Positions 8,396-18,920 are shown, numbered from the stretch's first letter. The stretch: DNA of 64,000 bases from Candidatus Gottesmanbacteria bacterium RIFCSPLOWO2_01_FULL_43_11b (GCA_001780985.1 MFJV01000001.1:517099-581098); one strand, 5' to 3'. A program made the numbers and translations. The notes: a model not told the origin generated them from the letters alone.

Positions 8396-9199
8396 ATGAA
8401 TATAAAACGAATACTATTGACCGGTGACGATGGATATAACAGTCTTGGCACGCGGCTTCTTATCTATTTTCTCAAAGACCGATACGAGCTTGCTATTGCC
8501 GGCACGAAACATCAACAAAGTGGGGTTGGGGGGCATGTAAATGTTTTAAAAGGAGGAAAGTGGGGACAAGAAAAAGTGGATGGAATTCCCGCTCTTTGGG
8601 TGAGTACATTCCCAGCAGATGCGATACACCTTGCGGCAAGTTTTTATAAACAACCGTTTGATCTGGTAATTTCAGGCATCAACCTAGGACTTAACATCGG
8701 AGGTGGTATCATTTCGTCCGGCACATTTTCAGCTGCAGCCGTTGCTATGAGTTTGCAAATGGCAAAGCGCGCAATAGTGTTAAGTTGGGATGTGCATTAT
8801 TCGCATTATTTCAAAGATCACAGTGGGGCTGAAGACATGAAAGAGTACATCGATTACCCCGGTTCAGTCGTCTTTGATCTCATAACACGCGCGATTGATC
8901 ACGATTTTTGGGGCGCATCAATTCTCAATGTGAATCTTCCGCTTGCAAAGACTCGCCGCGTTCGTTTCACTAAGCCACTTCCCGACCTCAAACTCTTCTA
9001 CGAGTATCCCCTTCGCACGGATCCGAAAAAGCATACATTTGCCTACCCCAAAGATAAACTGCACAGGCGCCAGAGTAGGAATTTGAGCTACGATTCAGGC
9101 GCAGTATTAGATGAGTGTATTTCACTAACACTCTATGAAGCTAATTTTGCGGCGGAAAAATTTTACAAAAAAATGCACGAGAGGGAAATGACGCTATGA
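8396..9199 (+). CDS. surE: 5'/3'-nucleotidase SurE
   Basis: ILLTGDDG, QQSGVG, PAD, DLVISGINLGLN, SSGT; ATG 8396 after the tRNAs. Confidence 0.9.
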   Translation: MNIKRILLTGDDGYNSLGTRLLIYFLKDRYELAIAGTKHQQSGVGGHVNVLKGGKWGQEKVDGIPALWVSTFPADAIHLAASFYKQPFDLVISGINLGLNIGGGIISSGTFSAAAVAMSLQMAKRAIVLSWDVHYSHYFKDHSGAEDMKEYIDYPGSVVFDLITRAIDHDFWGASILNVNLPLAKTRRVRFTKPLPDLKLFYEYPLRTDPKKHTFAYPKDKLHRRQSRNLSYDSGAVLDECISLTLYEANFAAEKFYKKMHEREMTL

Positions 9200-9612
9200 C
9201 AATTACTATTTGCGGGAGCATGGAGTTTCACCAAAAAATGCGGGAAGTGCGAAGGACTCTTGAGATAGCGGGTCATACCGTATTGGTTCCGAAAAGCTTG
9301 GAACTCATGGATAAAGAAGGATTTGTGCATCCGACAACTGACGAAGACAAAATTACCGCTAAAATTGAGTACGATTTTATCCGCGAACATTTCCGAAAAA
9401 TTGAGAAAAGCGATGCGATTCTCATTCTCAATTATGATAAAAAAGGAATTACGAGTTATATCGGCGGCAATACGTTTCTTGAAATAGGATTGGCATTCTG
9501 GTTAGGCAAAAAAATTTATTTGTTTAATTCCATTCCAGAGATGGAATACAAAACAGAAATGCACGCGATGAAGCCTATTGTTCTTGGTGGAGATCTCACA
9601 AAAATTACTTAA
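9196..9612 (+). CDS. nucleoside 2-deoxyribosyltransferase-like protein
   Basis: ITICGSM...KIEKSDAILILN...YIGGNTFLEIGLA...KKIYL. Confidence 0.7.
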   Translation: MTITICGSMEFHQKMREVRRTLEIAGHTVLVPKSLELMDKEGFVHPTTDEDKITAKIEYDFIREHFRKIEKSDAILILNYDKKGITSYIGGNTFLEIGLAFWLGKKIYLFNSIPEMEYKTEMHAMKPIVLGGDLTKIT

Positions 9613-11639
9613 AGCTGGACATTCTTTCCATCGCGCTTCTCGATGTCAAGGATTATTCGCACAACATTTCCTTCTTTATCTTTTATCACAAGACTGCCAC
9701 CGTTAAATCCTTTCAGTTCACTATTTCTCTCATACTCCACCCCGTTATCGCCGTCGTAGGTCGTTGTCGTATAGAGATATGAACAGCATTCGAAGTAACT
9801 AGTGTTTAAAACTTTTCCAACAGTTACGATATTGCTTTGCCTGTATCGTCGACCAAGGTGAGATGTTAACGTAATTCCGGGAAAACTTCGCAGTTCGTTA
9901 GATACTGGTTTATAGAGAACGCCCAAGGGAATGGGTAGATCAGAAAGAGAGTTGCCGACGATCCGTTGATGAAATGCAATGTGGGCAACATTATGATCAA
10001 AAAGCTCCCAGAGAAGTTTCAATAGTTCTTCCTCGCGCAATTTATCAAGCAGTCCCGGAGTTGCCCAGATCATCACACTGTCAAAATCTTCTGCGAGAGC
10101 TGTTTTGTCACTTGCCAAAATACTTCCTCGTCGCCCTTCTTCAACAATTGTTTCGAGATACCTATCTTGACTGAGTTTGTCAATAAGATTCTCCCAATCC
10201 CAAAGAATTTTCCATTGACCACGTTCTTTAATAAGTTGGATTGTTTTGTTTTCTTCAAATGAACCGATGTGACGCGTATCGTACGTAATGCGAACGGGGA
10301 TTGTTTGCGGCGATTGCCATCGTGAGAGACGGGATGTATCGAATGAAACTGATACACTTTCTATTTCTGCTTGCGAAAAAGCTTGTAATCCAAATCGGCG
10401 AAAATTATCACGAGTTACTATTTTACTTTCGTTTGCGAGGTCTTCATAGATGTCATGGGAAAATCCATACTGCCAGTTATAGGAAAGTTGGTTGAGCATG
10501 CGGGCTGGTGTGGGAAAGAGAATGCCTGTCGAAAAAACTAGATTAACGAGAATAAGAATTATGGTTATGGGAATGGATCGGAGAAGTTTTGCACTCATCA
10601 AATAAAAAAACGGAAGCGGGAGCACTAAGTATCTTACCCAGAAAGGAATCATTGCAAAAAAGAGTAATGAAAAAAGTGTGAAGCCAGCGATCGGCAGCCA
10701 CATTATATTTTCTTTTTTTCGCAATATTTTTAACAGAGCGTCTACTGAAGAAATTGCTGCAAGCGGCGCGATGAGCGTCCACACGGGTGACCATTCTGGT
10801 GCACGGACCCAAATTCTCGTGAAAAGATTTTGGTACCAACCAGTTAAAAGTGCGGTGATACTGCTTCCGATATTAGGGACAAGGTTAGCGCTGAGATAGA
10901 AAGAGGCGATCCATTTTTGTACTCGCAGTAAATCCGCAAAACTATGACTGAGCGCTAAGTACTGTGCGTAGGGGAGAAGATAGGCAAGTGTTGTGATAGT
11001 AAAAAATATAAAGATTGTTTTCCACGATTTTGTGGTACGCCAAAGATAGAACCCGAGAAATATTGCAATCGGCGGGCTGAGAATCGGAAATTTTGTTTCC
11101 GAAAACAGACCAAAAGCAAGGCCAGAAAGAATAAATCTGCGTTTTAGTAAAAAGAGAAAAGTGAGGAGAAGAAAAAGAAGTTGGAGGCTGTCGAGCATGC
11201 TGAGCGGAAACTGACTTGTAATGAGTGGATCGGTGGCAATGAGAGTTGTGACGAGTAAAGCTCCTAATAAATTTTTGAGAAGAATGTTGCTTAAAAATAA
11301 TAGAGTTATTAATGAGAGTGTATTTATGAGAAATCCATACCAGTATCCATTACCAAAGATAAGAATGCTCAGTCCTATTAAATATTTCCCCAGCGGAGGT
11401 ACTTCCGCGTTGAGGAGTGTCGGGTCGCCGCCGCGAATTAAACGAAAGCCTTCATAGAGATAGAGTCCGTCATCTCCCAGTGTTCTGGCTGATAGAGGAA
11501 GTTTCCATTGCGAGTGTTCATATTTGTCTTTCCAATACGCCTCATCAAATGTTGAAAAAAAGAGCGCCCGGTTAGTAAAGAGAATAAGCGCAAGATGAGC
11601 AAGGATGATGAGCGCAAGAACTTTTTTAAGTACGCGCAT
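9609..11639 (-). CDS. GT-C (PMT/GT39-like) glycosyltransferase fused to MecA_N-like and PBP-dimerisation domains, no transpeptidase
   Basis: N-terminal DD..Y...EVPPLGK plus many TM helices; C-terminal KERGQWKILW, RRGSILASD..LAED, GVE...ELKG, DGKNVQL-stop. Confidence 0.75.
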   Translation of the reverse strand: MRVLKKVLALIILAHLALILFTNRALFFSTFDEAYWKDKYEHSQWKLPLSARTLGDDGLYLYEGFRLIRGGDPTLLNAEVPPLGKYLIGLSILIFGNGYWYGFLINTLSLITLLFLSNILLKNLLGALLVTTLIATDPLITSQFPLSMLDSLQLLFLLLTFLFLLKRRFILSGLAFGLFSETKFPILSPPIAIFLGFYLWRTTKSWKTIFIFFTITTLAYLLPYAQYLALSHSFADLLRVQKWIASFYLSANLVPNIGSSITALLTGWYQNLFTRIWVRAPEWSPVWTLIAPLAAISSVDALLKILRKKENIMWLPIAGFTLFSLLFFAMIPFWVRYLVLPLPFFYLMSAKLLRSIPITIILILVNLVFSTGILFPTPARMLNQLSYNWQYGFSHDIYEDLANESKIVTRDNFRRFGLQAFSQAEIESVSVSFDTSRLSRWQSPQTIPVRITYDTRHIGSFEENKTIQLIKERGQWKILWDWENLIDKLSQDRYLETIVEEGRRGSILASDKTALAEDFDSVMIWATPGLLDKLREEELLKLLWELFDHNVAHIAFHQRIVGNSLSDLPIPLGVLYKPVSNELRSFPGITLTSHLGRRYRQSNIVTVGKVLNTSYFECCSYLYTTTTYDGDNGVEYERNSELKGFNGGSLVIKDKEGNVVRIILDIEKRDGKNVQL

Positions 11640-11659
11640 AGCGCTATAATAGCACCATT

Positions 11660-11731
11660 GCCCCTGTAGTTTAACGGACAGAATGTCGGTTTCCGGAACC
11701 GATGATACCAGTTCGATTCTGGTCGGGGGCG
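11660..11731 (+). tRNA. tRNA-Arg(CCG)
   Basis: TCGGT-TT CCG GA-ACCGA; TATAAT at 11645-11650. Confidence 0.95.
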
Positions 11732-12643
11732 CTAGACACGAGCAACCTTGCGTAGCTCTTGGAGTATACCTTTACTTGCTGCAAGAAACACACCGAATAT
11801 AACTAAAATACCGCCAATAAAAAATCCCAGCGTCAGTTTTTCACCAAGAAAAAGGACATTAACTATCACTGCAAAGAAGGGTTGAATATAGACGTTGAGT
11901 GACGCAGTAGTTGCCGATGAATGCTTGATTGCCCACTGAAACAAAACAAATGTTGCCACTGTCACCGCAGTGCCTAGGTAGAAAAACAGGAAAAGATAGT
12001 GCGGATTAAGAAGCAGAGCTACATAGCGCGTTTGATAATTTATAATAGAAAGAGGGAAAAATATAATTGTAGTTGTAAAAATGGAGACTGCGGACATTGC
12101 AAGTGAGGAATACTGTTTCTTATTAATCATATGACGAGAACCGAGAGTATAAAATGACCATACAAATACTGCTGAAAAGAAAAACATATTACCACGGATT
12201 TCTCCACTGATCAGTTGTTTTTGTTCAATGAACGGAAGAAGGACGATGAGCAGGACTCCCATAAGACCAATAAGAAGACCTGCAATTTTTGTTGGTGAGA
12301 CAGATTCTTTAATTAATCGTGGAGCTAGGATCGCAACGACGAGTGGAACAGCAGTATAAATAATAGCTGCCGCATTGGCCGTTGAAGTTCTGAGGCCAAG
12401 GTAGTAGAAGGCGACGTTTGCGGTTAAGAGACACGCAATGGGAACAAGATCAATAAACATTTTTTTCCCAATATTTTTTTCTCTGAGAAATAGTGGAAGA
12501 ATGACAATAGAAGCGATTAAAAAACGAACGAATGCTGCTGTGTACGGGTCAAAGTCGCGAACGATGATTTTCGAGAGCCCCGCAGTAGACCAGAGAAGAG
12601 AGGCAAGAACAATAGCGATAAGGGCAATCATGCGGGAAGACAT
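11732..12643 (-). CDS. DMT/EamA family transporter
   Basis: About ten TM helices in two repeats, LIKE and LGEKLT motifs. Confidence 0.9.
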   Translation of the reverse strand: MSSRMIALIAIVLASLLWSTAGLSKIIVRDFDPYTAAFVRFLIASIVILPLFLREKNIGKKMFIDLVPIACLLTANVAFYYLGLRTSTANAAAIIYTAVPLVVAILAPRLIKESVSPTKIAGLLIGLMGVLLIVLLPFIEQKQLISGEIRGNMFFFSAVFVWSFYTLGSRHMINKKQYSSLAMSAVSIFTTTIIFFPLSIINYQTRYVALLLNPHYLFLFFYLGTAVTVATFVLFQWAIKHSSATTASLNVYIQPFFAVIVNVLFLGEKLTLGFFIGGILVIFGVFLAASKGILQELRKVARV

Positions 12644-12665
12644 AAACGTAGTATAATCCAAACAC

Positions 12666-12753
12666 GGAAGGGTCGCATAGTTGGTCTAGTGCGTTCGCTT
12701 GGAGAGCGAATATCACCGCAAGGTGATCGCGGGTTCGAATCCCGCCCCTTCCG
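12666..12753 (+). tRNA. tRNA-Ser(GGA)
   Basis: TTCGC-TT GGA GA-GCGAA; long variable arm. Confidence 0.95.
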
Positions 12754-12756
12754 CTC

Positions 12757-13506
12757 ATGATTGATTTTCTCAAACGTATCACTGTTGAAGCCGGAGAGCT
12801 GATTGAACGAACAGAACGCACGAAAGCAAAAGACAAAGGCGTTGCTGGTTGGGCAACGGAAGCGGATTTTGCTAGCGAAGAATTCTTGATGTCTCAAATC
12901 CACAAACAATTTCCCTCTCACAAAATTCTTTCAGAGGAAACAGAAAATACTCTTGAAGACCTAGAGAAAGAGCCACATCTGTGGGTTATCGATCCTGTCG
13001 ATGGTACGACAAATTTTTCCTTCCACATTCCGTTCTACTGCATTTCCGCCGGATATATGGAAAATGGAAAGACCATTGCGGGCGCCGTGTATGACCCCTC
13101 CCGTAATGAACTTTTTTGGGCAGAAGATGGTAAGGGTGCATTTATGAATACCACACGACTTACCATTGATCAGCAGACGTCATTTAAGGGGAAAGTGGCA
13201 TGCGTTGGTTTTTGGCATCCAAACAAAAAAGATTTTCGGGTAACCCAAAAAATTTACAAGCAAGGAGCTGCGAATATAGTCTCACACGGTTCTGCCGCAC
13301 TTTCTCTTTCATATATTGCAGCCGGTCGACTCTTTCTGTTTTATCAATCAACACCGCTCCATGCATGGGACGTTGCCGCGGCTCAACTAGTTATAGAAGA
13401 GGCAGGAGGGAAATTCTTTTACGAAGGATCTTACTTTAGCCCTCACAATATTATTGCTGGAAACCAGTGGGGTGTTGACCAAACAAAACACATTCTCCAT
13501 ATATGA
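12757..13506 (+). CDS. suhB: inositol monophosphatase family protein
   Basis: TEAD, LSEE, WVIDPVDGTTNF, WDVAA...EEAGG. Confidence 0.9.
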   Translation: MIDFLKRITVEAGELIERTERTKAKDKGVAGWATEADFASEEFLMSQIHKQFPSHKILSEETENTLEDLEKEPHLWVIDPVDGTTNFSFHIPFYCISAGYMENGKTIAGAVYDPSRNELFWAEDGKGAFMNTTRLTIDQQTSFKGKVACVGFWHPNKKDFRVTQKIYKQGAANIVSHGSAALSLSYIAAGRLFLFYQSTPLHAWDVAAAQLVIEEAGGKFFYEGSYFSPHNIIAGNQWGVDQTKHILHI

Positions 13507-14921
13507 ATCGAGCCACCGCAGTGCTCCTAGTTTTCCTTACGCTATGCTCATTTTCTCTCCGTTGGTGGATGATGCCTTCATATTTGTTTTTCGGTCCGGA
13601 ACAAGGGAGGGATTTTTTTGAGATAAAAAAAATCACGGAAGGAAATTTCACACTCATCGGCGCAAAAACTGATTTCGATGGAATTTTCCATGGTCCGATT
13701 GAATATTATCTTGCTGCCGTTCCATTCTTATTCTCCCGTGGAAATCCTATTGCCGTGAGTTTCTTTTTTACCCTGATTCAATCAGCAACAGTGTTCGTCG
13801 CATATGCGCTTGGCAAAGAAATATCCGGGAAACGATCTGTCGGCATTACCTCTGCGATACTTTTTGCCGTTTCGTACGGAGCCGTCGTCTATAGTCGGTG
13901 GCTTTCACAACCACCTTTAGCAATTCCTCTTGCATTTCTTTTTCTATTTTTTCTTTTTCGATTTCTTCACGGCAAAAAAACTTCACTCATTGGCGTTGCA
14001 GTTTGCGCCGGACTTTTGGGGCAAGTGCAATTTATAAACTACTTGTTTGTTCCCTTATTTCTCGTTTATATTATTTTTCGTTTTCGGAAAAAATTTATTA
14101 ACATTCCCAAAAATATTATATGGGGATCATTGGTGTTATTTCTCATAACCGCATGGGGGAATTTTTTACTTTTTGATCTTCGCAATAATTTCTTAATGCT
14201 TCAAAATATTCGTCATGTTCTGATTTCTCCCTCTGTTGGACTGCCGTTTTTTGCGTCGATCGTTGAAACGGGAAAGTTATTTATTTCTTGGATAGGAATA
14301 TTTAATGGAGTTCCGGTGTTGTTCGCTACTCTAATTTTTGTTGCGCTTCTCTTAAATAAAAAAGAGATGTTGTCTGTTTGGATGATTTTACCTCCCGCGG
14401 TACTCATTCTTTTTCGACGGGGGGCACTGGATCAGTTATTTGTCGTACTTATTCCAGCAGCGATAGTTGGTATTGCAATGATTTTATCAGAAAAAAAATC
14501 ATTGATAGTTGTTTTTGTAGTATTAAATTTGCTTATGATATGGAACAATATTCCGACGAATAAAAATATTTTTTTCCAGGCGCCGCAACCAGATGTTCGA
14601 TACAGCGATCAGATTCGTGTTATTGATGAAATTTACAGCCGGGTAGGCAATGATTCGTTTGAAATTCAAGCCTACACCGTTCCGCATGCGTGGCAGGATT
14701 CTTGGCAGTATCTTTTTTGGTACCGGGGAACGACCCGCTACGCTGGGAAACTTCCGGTTGCCCACGGAGGGTACAATATGTTTGTAATTATTCAAAAAGA
14801 CGAACCGAATAGAACATTCCAAGAAAACTGGTACCGTGATATTGTAAGCAAGTTAGGAAAACTAACAGACCAATTTACGATTGGAGAGTATGCTGTTGAG
14901 AAACGTTTGATGTTCCAGTAA
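13503..14921 (+). CDS. GT-C (GT39/ArnT-like) membrane glycosyltransferase
   Basis: EQGRDF...HGPIEYY and multiple TM helices. Confidence 0.8.
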   Translation: MNRATAVLLVFLTLCSFSLRWWMMPSYLFFGPEQGRDFFEIKKITEGNFTLIGAKTDFDGIFHGPIEYYLAAVPFLFSRGNPIAVSFFFTLIQSATVFVAYALGKEISGKRSVGITSAILFAVSYGAVVYSRWLSQPPLAIPLAFLFLFFLFRFLHGKKTSLIGVAVCAGLLGQVQFINYLFVPLFLVYIIFRFRKKFINIPKNIIWGSLVLFLITAWGNFLLFDLRNNFLMLQNIRHVLISPSVGLPFFASIVETGKLFISWIGIFNGVPVLFATLIFVALLLNKKEMLSVWMILPPAVLILFRRGALDQLFVVLIPAAIVGIAMILSEKKSLIVVFVVLNLLMIWNNIPTNKNIFFQAPQPDVRYSDQIRVIDEIYSRVGNDSFEIQAYTVPHAWQDSWQYLFWYRGTTRYAGKLPVAHGGYNMFVIIQKDEPNRTFQENWYRDIVSKLGKLTDQFTIGEYAVEKRLMFQ

Positions 14922-14927
14922 AACATC

Positions 14928-14962
14928 TTGACACAAGTGTATATAAAGTATATACTTTGTGT
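14928..14962 (+). promoter_or_regulatory. sigma70 promoter with overlapping imperfect inverted repeat (probable TA operator)
   Basis: TTGACA 14928-14933, 17 bp, TATACT 14951-14956; ACACAAG..TATATA-AAG-TATATAC..TTGTGT. Confidence 0.75.
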
Positions 14963-14964
14963 AT

Positions 14965-15300
14965 ATGAATACGGCAGTCGTTAATATTAAAGTTGATCCG
15001 AAACTGAAAAAACAAGCGCAGAAAACAGCGTCTGCTTTAGGATTTTCACTAAGCTCTCTTATTAACGGGTTTCTTCGACAGTTAGTGCGCGATCGTTCTA
15101 TCGGATTTTCCGATGTACGACTAGAATTAACCCCCTACGCAAAAAGAATGCTACAGGAATCGGAGGAGGAAATCCGTTCTGGGAAGGCGAAGTCATATTC
15201 GCCAGATGAATATCTTGCGTATATTGATACAATAATTCGTAATGAAGAGAAACATCGTAAAAGTGGTTCCCACTCCAAAGTTCGAAAAATTACTACGTAA
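14965..15300 (+). CDS. RelB/DinJ family antitoxin
   Basis: VNIKVDPKLKKQAQ...LGFSLSSLINGFLRQLV RHH motif. Confidence 0.88.
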   Translation: MNTAVVNIKVDPKLKKQAQKTASALGFSLSSLINGFLRQLVRDRSIGFSDVRLELTPYAKRMLQESEEEIRSGKAKSYSPDEYLAYIDTIIRNEEKHRKSGSHSKVRKITT

Positions 15301-15529
15301 AGCACCGAGACTAGTACGACGCGCATATCAACAGAGACTTACAATATTTCTTCGTGATCAATTTCATCCTTTTCTCAACAATCACTTGCTTATAGGATCG
15401 TATAAAGGATATAGAAGTATTAATGTTACTGGCGATTGGCGAGCATTGTATAAAGAAATTATTATTGATGATGACCGTTTAATTATTGAATTTCATTTGC
15501 TTGGCACGCACAGCCAGTTGTATCGATAA
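15242..15529 (+). CDS. RelE/YafQ family mRNA interferase toxin
   Basis: NNHLLIG.YKGYRSINVTGDWRALY...LGTHSQLY. Confidence 0.88.
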   Translation: MKRNIVKVVPTPKFEKLLRKAPRLVRRAYQQRLTIFLRDQFHPFLNNHLLIGSYKGYRSINVTGDWRALYKEIIIDDDRLIIEFHLLGTHSQLYR

Positions 15530-15535
15530 ACTTGT

Positions 15536-16006
15536 ATGATTACCTGCACATTTGAAAATAGAGGAAAAGCGAGTTTGCGGCATGTCGTCGTCCATGCGAT
15601 TGTTGAAAAAGACGGAACACTGCTTTTAGTTAAGCGCGCAGGGCCGATTCTTGAAACCGGCAAGTGGAGTTTGCCCAGCGGATTTATGGACAGAGATGAG
15701 ACAGCAGGAGAGGCGATTATCCGTGAAATTTTGGAAGAAACAGGTTGGCAATGTGAAGTTATTTCTTTATTCCGCATAAACACAAACCCCAATCGTCCCA
15801 AAGAAGACCGACAAAATATTTCAATTGAATTTATTTGCAAACCGATTAAAAAAATTGGAGATCCGGACAAAGAGAATTCTCAAGTCGAATGGATTGCATT
15901 TGAGAAACTTCTGCCGGTTGATGAATTTGCATTTGACCACGGGGAAAGTGTACGGTTGTATCTTAATCACAAAAAATCACCAGTCTCCTTGCCAATCTTC
16001 ACCTAG
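15536..16006 (+). CDS. NUDIX hydrolase
   Basis: WSLPSGFMDRDETAGEAIIREILEETG Nudix box; AFDH. Confidence 0.92.
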   Translation: MITCTFENRGKASLRHVVVHAIVEKDGTLLLVKRAGPILETGKWSLPSGFMDRDETAGEAIIREILEETGWQCEVISLFRINTNPNRPKEDRQNISIEFICKPIKKIGDPDKENSQVEWIAFEKLLPVDEFAFDHGESVRLYLNHKKSPVSLPIFT

Positions 16007-16028
16007 CGATGTATTCTGCTTTCTGCCT

Positions 16029-17768
16029 ATGAGCGATATTGATGAGGTTAAATCACGGCTTAATATTGTCGACGTGGTCGGTGAGAGGGTGCAGCTCAAA
16101 AAAGCCGGGAGAAATTTTAAGGCACTGTGCCCTTTTCACACGGAAAAAACTCCTTCGTTTATTGTTTCCCCAGAACGGCAAACGTTCCACTGCTTCGGGT
16201 GCGGCAAGGGAGGGGATGTTTTGACCTTTATTATGGAGTATAACCATGTGGATTTTGTCGAAGCACTTGAAATGTTGGCAGATAAAGTGGGCGTGAAACT
16301 TACCCGTCGACCCCCGGATACCACAGAAGGAAAACTCAAGCAAAAACTATACGAAGTGAATCACTTGGCGAGTGAGTTTTATCATTATCTCCTCACTAAG
16401 CATCGTTTGGGTGAGTCTGCGCGGCGCTACCTCAAAGAGCGGGGTATTTCTGATAAATCAATAAACACCTTTGCTTTGGGATACAGTCCCAATAGTTGGG
16501 ACGGTCTTTCAAAATTCCTCCGGAAGAAAGGGTATGACGAAAAACTTATTGAAACTGCAGGGCTTGCGATTGCCGGACAGAAAGGATACTACGACAGGTT
16601 TCGGGGAAGGGTGATATTTACACTGAAAGATCACAGGGGACAAGTGGTTGGATTTGCAGGTCGTGTTCTTGATCCGGAGGTTAAGGAAGCAAAATATATT
16701 AACACCAGTGAAACGCCGGTTTATATAAAAAGCAATGTGCTCTATGGACTTGATGTAACTAAAGATGCAATTCAAAAACAAAACGAGGCAGTGGTTATGG
16801 AAGGAGAGCTCGATGTCATCTCTTCATTTCAGGCTGGTATTGCCAATGTGGTAGCGATAAAAGGATCAGCACTCACCGAAGGACACGTCCGGCTCCTTAA
16901 ACGTTTCACTGAGCGCCTAACTTTTTCTCTCGACAGTGATGTTGCCGGCGATGCAGCAGCACGGCGGGGTATTGAAATAGCCGAGAGCGCTGGTATGGAC
17001 ATGCGGGTTGTTATTTTGCTGTCAGGTAAAGATCCCGATGAAGCCGCACGAGAAAATCCGGGAATATATAAGAAAGCAATTAAAGAAGCAATTCCTATTT
17101 ATGATTATTTTCTGCGCTCGGCAATTTCTCGCTTTGATGCCAACACGGTCTTTGGCCAAAAGAAGATCGGAGAAGAACTTATTCCGATTTTGGTTAAAAT
17201 AGAAAACCCTATTGTTCAAGCACACTATGTGAAAAAACTTGCTGACGCAGTCGACGTTTCGGAGGCGACAATAATTGAAGGATTGGAAAAGGCAAAACGA
17301 ACACTGGAAAAAGGTATTATTGGCTCCGTTAAATTAACCTCGGATCAACCAGTACGCACCCGAGGAGAAAAACTAGAAGTGTATCTTTTGGCATTACTCC
17401 TCCAGGGAAGGACAAGCGAATTTTATACGGACTTGATTCGCCTCATTGTCCTTGAAGATTTCTCGCTCTCTCCGGTTCGTGAACTTATCCAAAGGCTCGG
17501 TGGTTTTGTCAAAAACAATAAGACTTTCAATCTCAAAAAATTTGCTGACCAACTTCCTCCAGAGCTTATCTCCACACTCGATGAAGCAGCGCTTATGGAT
17601 CTATCGGATATTGTCGAGGACAACAATCGTTTAGAGCGGGAGTGGGTTAATGCTACTCGTGAAGCGCAAAAAATGATAGTGAAAAGAAAAATGAACCGGG
17701 TCACCGGAGTGGAGCTTCGTGACCTTACCCGTAAACTTTCAAAGCTAGAAAAACAAGCCGAAATCTAA
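16029..17768 (+). CDS. dnaG: DNA primase
   Basis: CPFHTEKTPSF, CFGC, DRFRGR, KYINT, EGELD, DSDVAG, KDPD. Confidence 0.98.
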   Translation: MSDIDEVKSRLNIVDVVGERVQLKKAGRNFKALCPFHTEKTPSFIVSPERQTFHCFGCGKGGDVLTFIMEYNHVDFVEALEMLADKVGVKLTRRPPDTTEGKLKQKLYEVNHLASEFYHYLLTKHRLGESARRYLKERGISDKSINTFALGYSPNSWDGLSKFLRKKGYDEKLIETAGLAIAGQKGYYDRFRGRVIFTLKDHRGQVVGFAGRVLDPEVKEAKYINTSETPVYIKSNVLYGLDVTKDAIQKQNEAVVMEGELDVISSFQAGIANVVAIKGSALTEGHVRLLKRFTERLTFSLDSDVAGDAAARRGIEIAESAGMDMRVVILLSGKDPDEAARENPGIYKKAIKEAIPIYDYFLRSAISRFDANTVFGQKKIGEELIPILVKIENPIVQAHYVKKLADAVDVSEATIIEGLEKAKRTLEKGIIGSVKLTSDQPVRTRGEKLEVYLLALLLQGRTSEFYTDLIRLIVLEDFSLSPVRELIQRLGGFVKNNKTFNLKKFADQLPPELISTLDEAALMDLSDIVEDNNRLEREWVNATREAQKMIVKRKMNRVTGVELRDLTRKLSKLEKQAEI

Positions 17769-17831
17769 TATAATAGCCTTTGAAGCGAAGTCACCGGCCC
17801 GTCAGCTGACGGACTGGTACTTTCGGAACCT

Positions 17832-18920
17832 ATGGCAAAACCACGCGCAATCACCTCAGTTACCGATCTCCTTAAAGAAGGAAAAGCTAACGGCTTTATC
17901 ACGCAAGAGGATATCCTTGCACTTTACCCCAAACCGGAAGATCGAATTAAAGATCTCGACCACCTCTACGACAAACTTATCAAAGCTGGTATTGATGTTT
18001 TTGAAACAACATCAGCTGACATTGAAAAAGAAGCGAGTAAAAGTATTCAGGAACTTGAAAAAGAGATAGAAGCGCTTGCCCGAGCAAGTGCAGAGGGGGT
18101 ATCGGATCCGGTGCGAATGTACCTTAAGGAAATCGGGCGGATTCCGCTTCTTACATTCGCCGACGAAATGTCGCTTGCAAAGCGCTACGAGCGGGGAGAT
18201 AAACGAGCAAAAAGGAAACTCACCGAGAGCAATCTCCGTCTGGTCGTTTCCATTGCAAAAAAATATATCGGCCGCGGGATGAGCCTCCTTGATCTTATTC
18301 AGGAAGGCAATCAAGGATTAATTCGGGCGGTTGAAAAATACGACTGGCGGAAAGGATTTAAATTTTCTACCTATGCAACCTGGTGGATCCGTCAGGCTAT
18401 AACCCGCGCAATCGCCGATCAAGCAAGGACAATAAGAATCCCAGTCCACATGGTTGAGACAATCAATCGCTTTGTCCGCGCAAGCCGACGACTTATGCAG
18501 GAGTTGGGGCGCGAGCCAACACCGGAAGAAATTGCAAAGGTCATGGAAATTGATGTTACCAAGGTTCGGGAGATTATGAAAGTAAGCCAGGAACCAACGA
18601 GTCTTGAAACACCGGTGGGCGATGAGGAAGATAGTCACTTGGGCGATTTTATTTCAGATCCGGGGCCAACGCCGTACGACCAAACGAGCAGGCAACTTCT
18701 CAAAGAACATATGGAAGAAGTCTTAACTACTCTATCTGACCGTGAGAAAAGAGTGTTGATTCTCCGATTCGGTTTAGAAGACGGAAGGCCGCGGACGCTT
18801 GAAGAGGTCGGTGCCCAGTTTGGCGTTACCCGAGAGCGTATTCGGCAAATAGAGGCAAAAGCTTTACGGAAATTGCGCCATCCTTCACGAAGTAAAAAAC
18901 TTAAAGATTACCTAGAGTGA
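17832..18920 (+). CDS. rpoD: RNA polymerase primary sigma factor
   Basis: [49 protein letters not shown]; follows dnaG. Confidence 0.98.
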   Translation: MAKPRAITSVTDLLKEGKANGFITQEDILALYPKPEDRIKDLDHLYDKLIKAGIDVFETTSADIEKEASKSIQELEKEIEALARASAEGVSDPVRMYLKEIGRIPLLTFADEMSLAKRYERGDKRAKRKLTESNLRLVVSIAKKYIGRGMSLLDLIQEGNQGLIRAVEKYDWRKGFKFSTYATWWIRQAITRAIADQARTIRIPVHMVETINRFVRASRRLMQELGREPTPEEIAKVMEIDVTKVREIMKVSQEPTSLETPVGDEEDSHLGDFISDPGPTPYDQTSRQLLKEHMEEVLTTLSDREKRVLILRFGLEDGRPRTLEEVGAQFGVTRERIRQIEAKALRKLRHPSRSKKLKDYLE

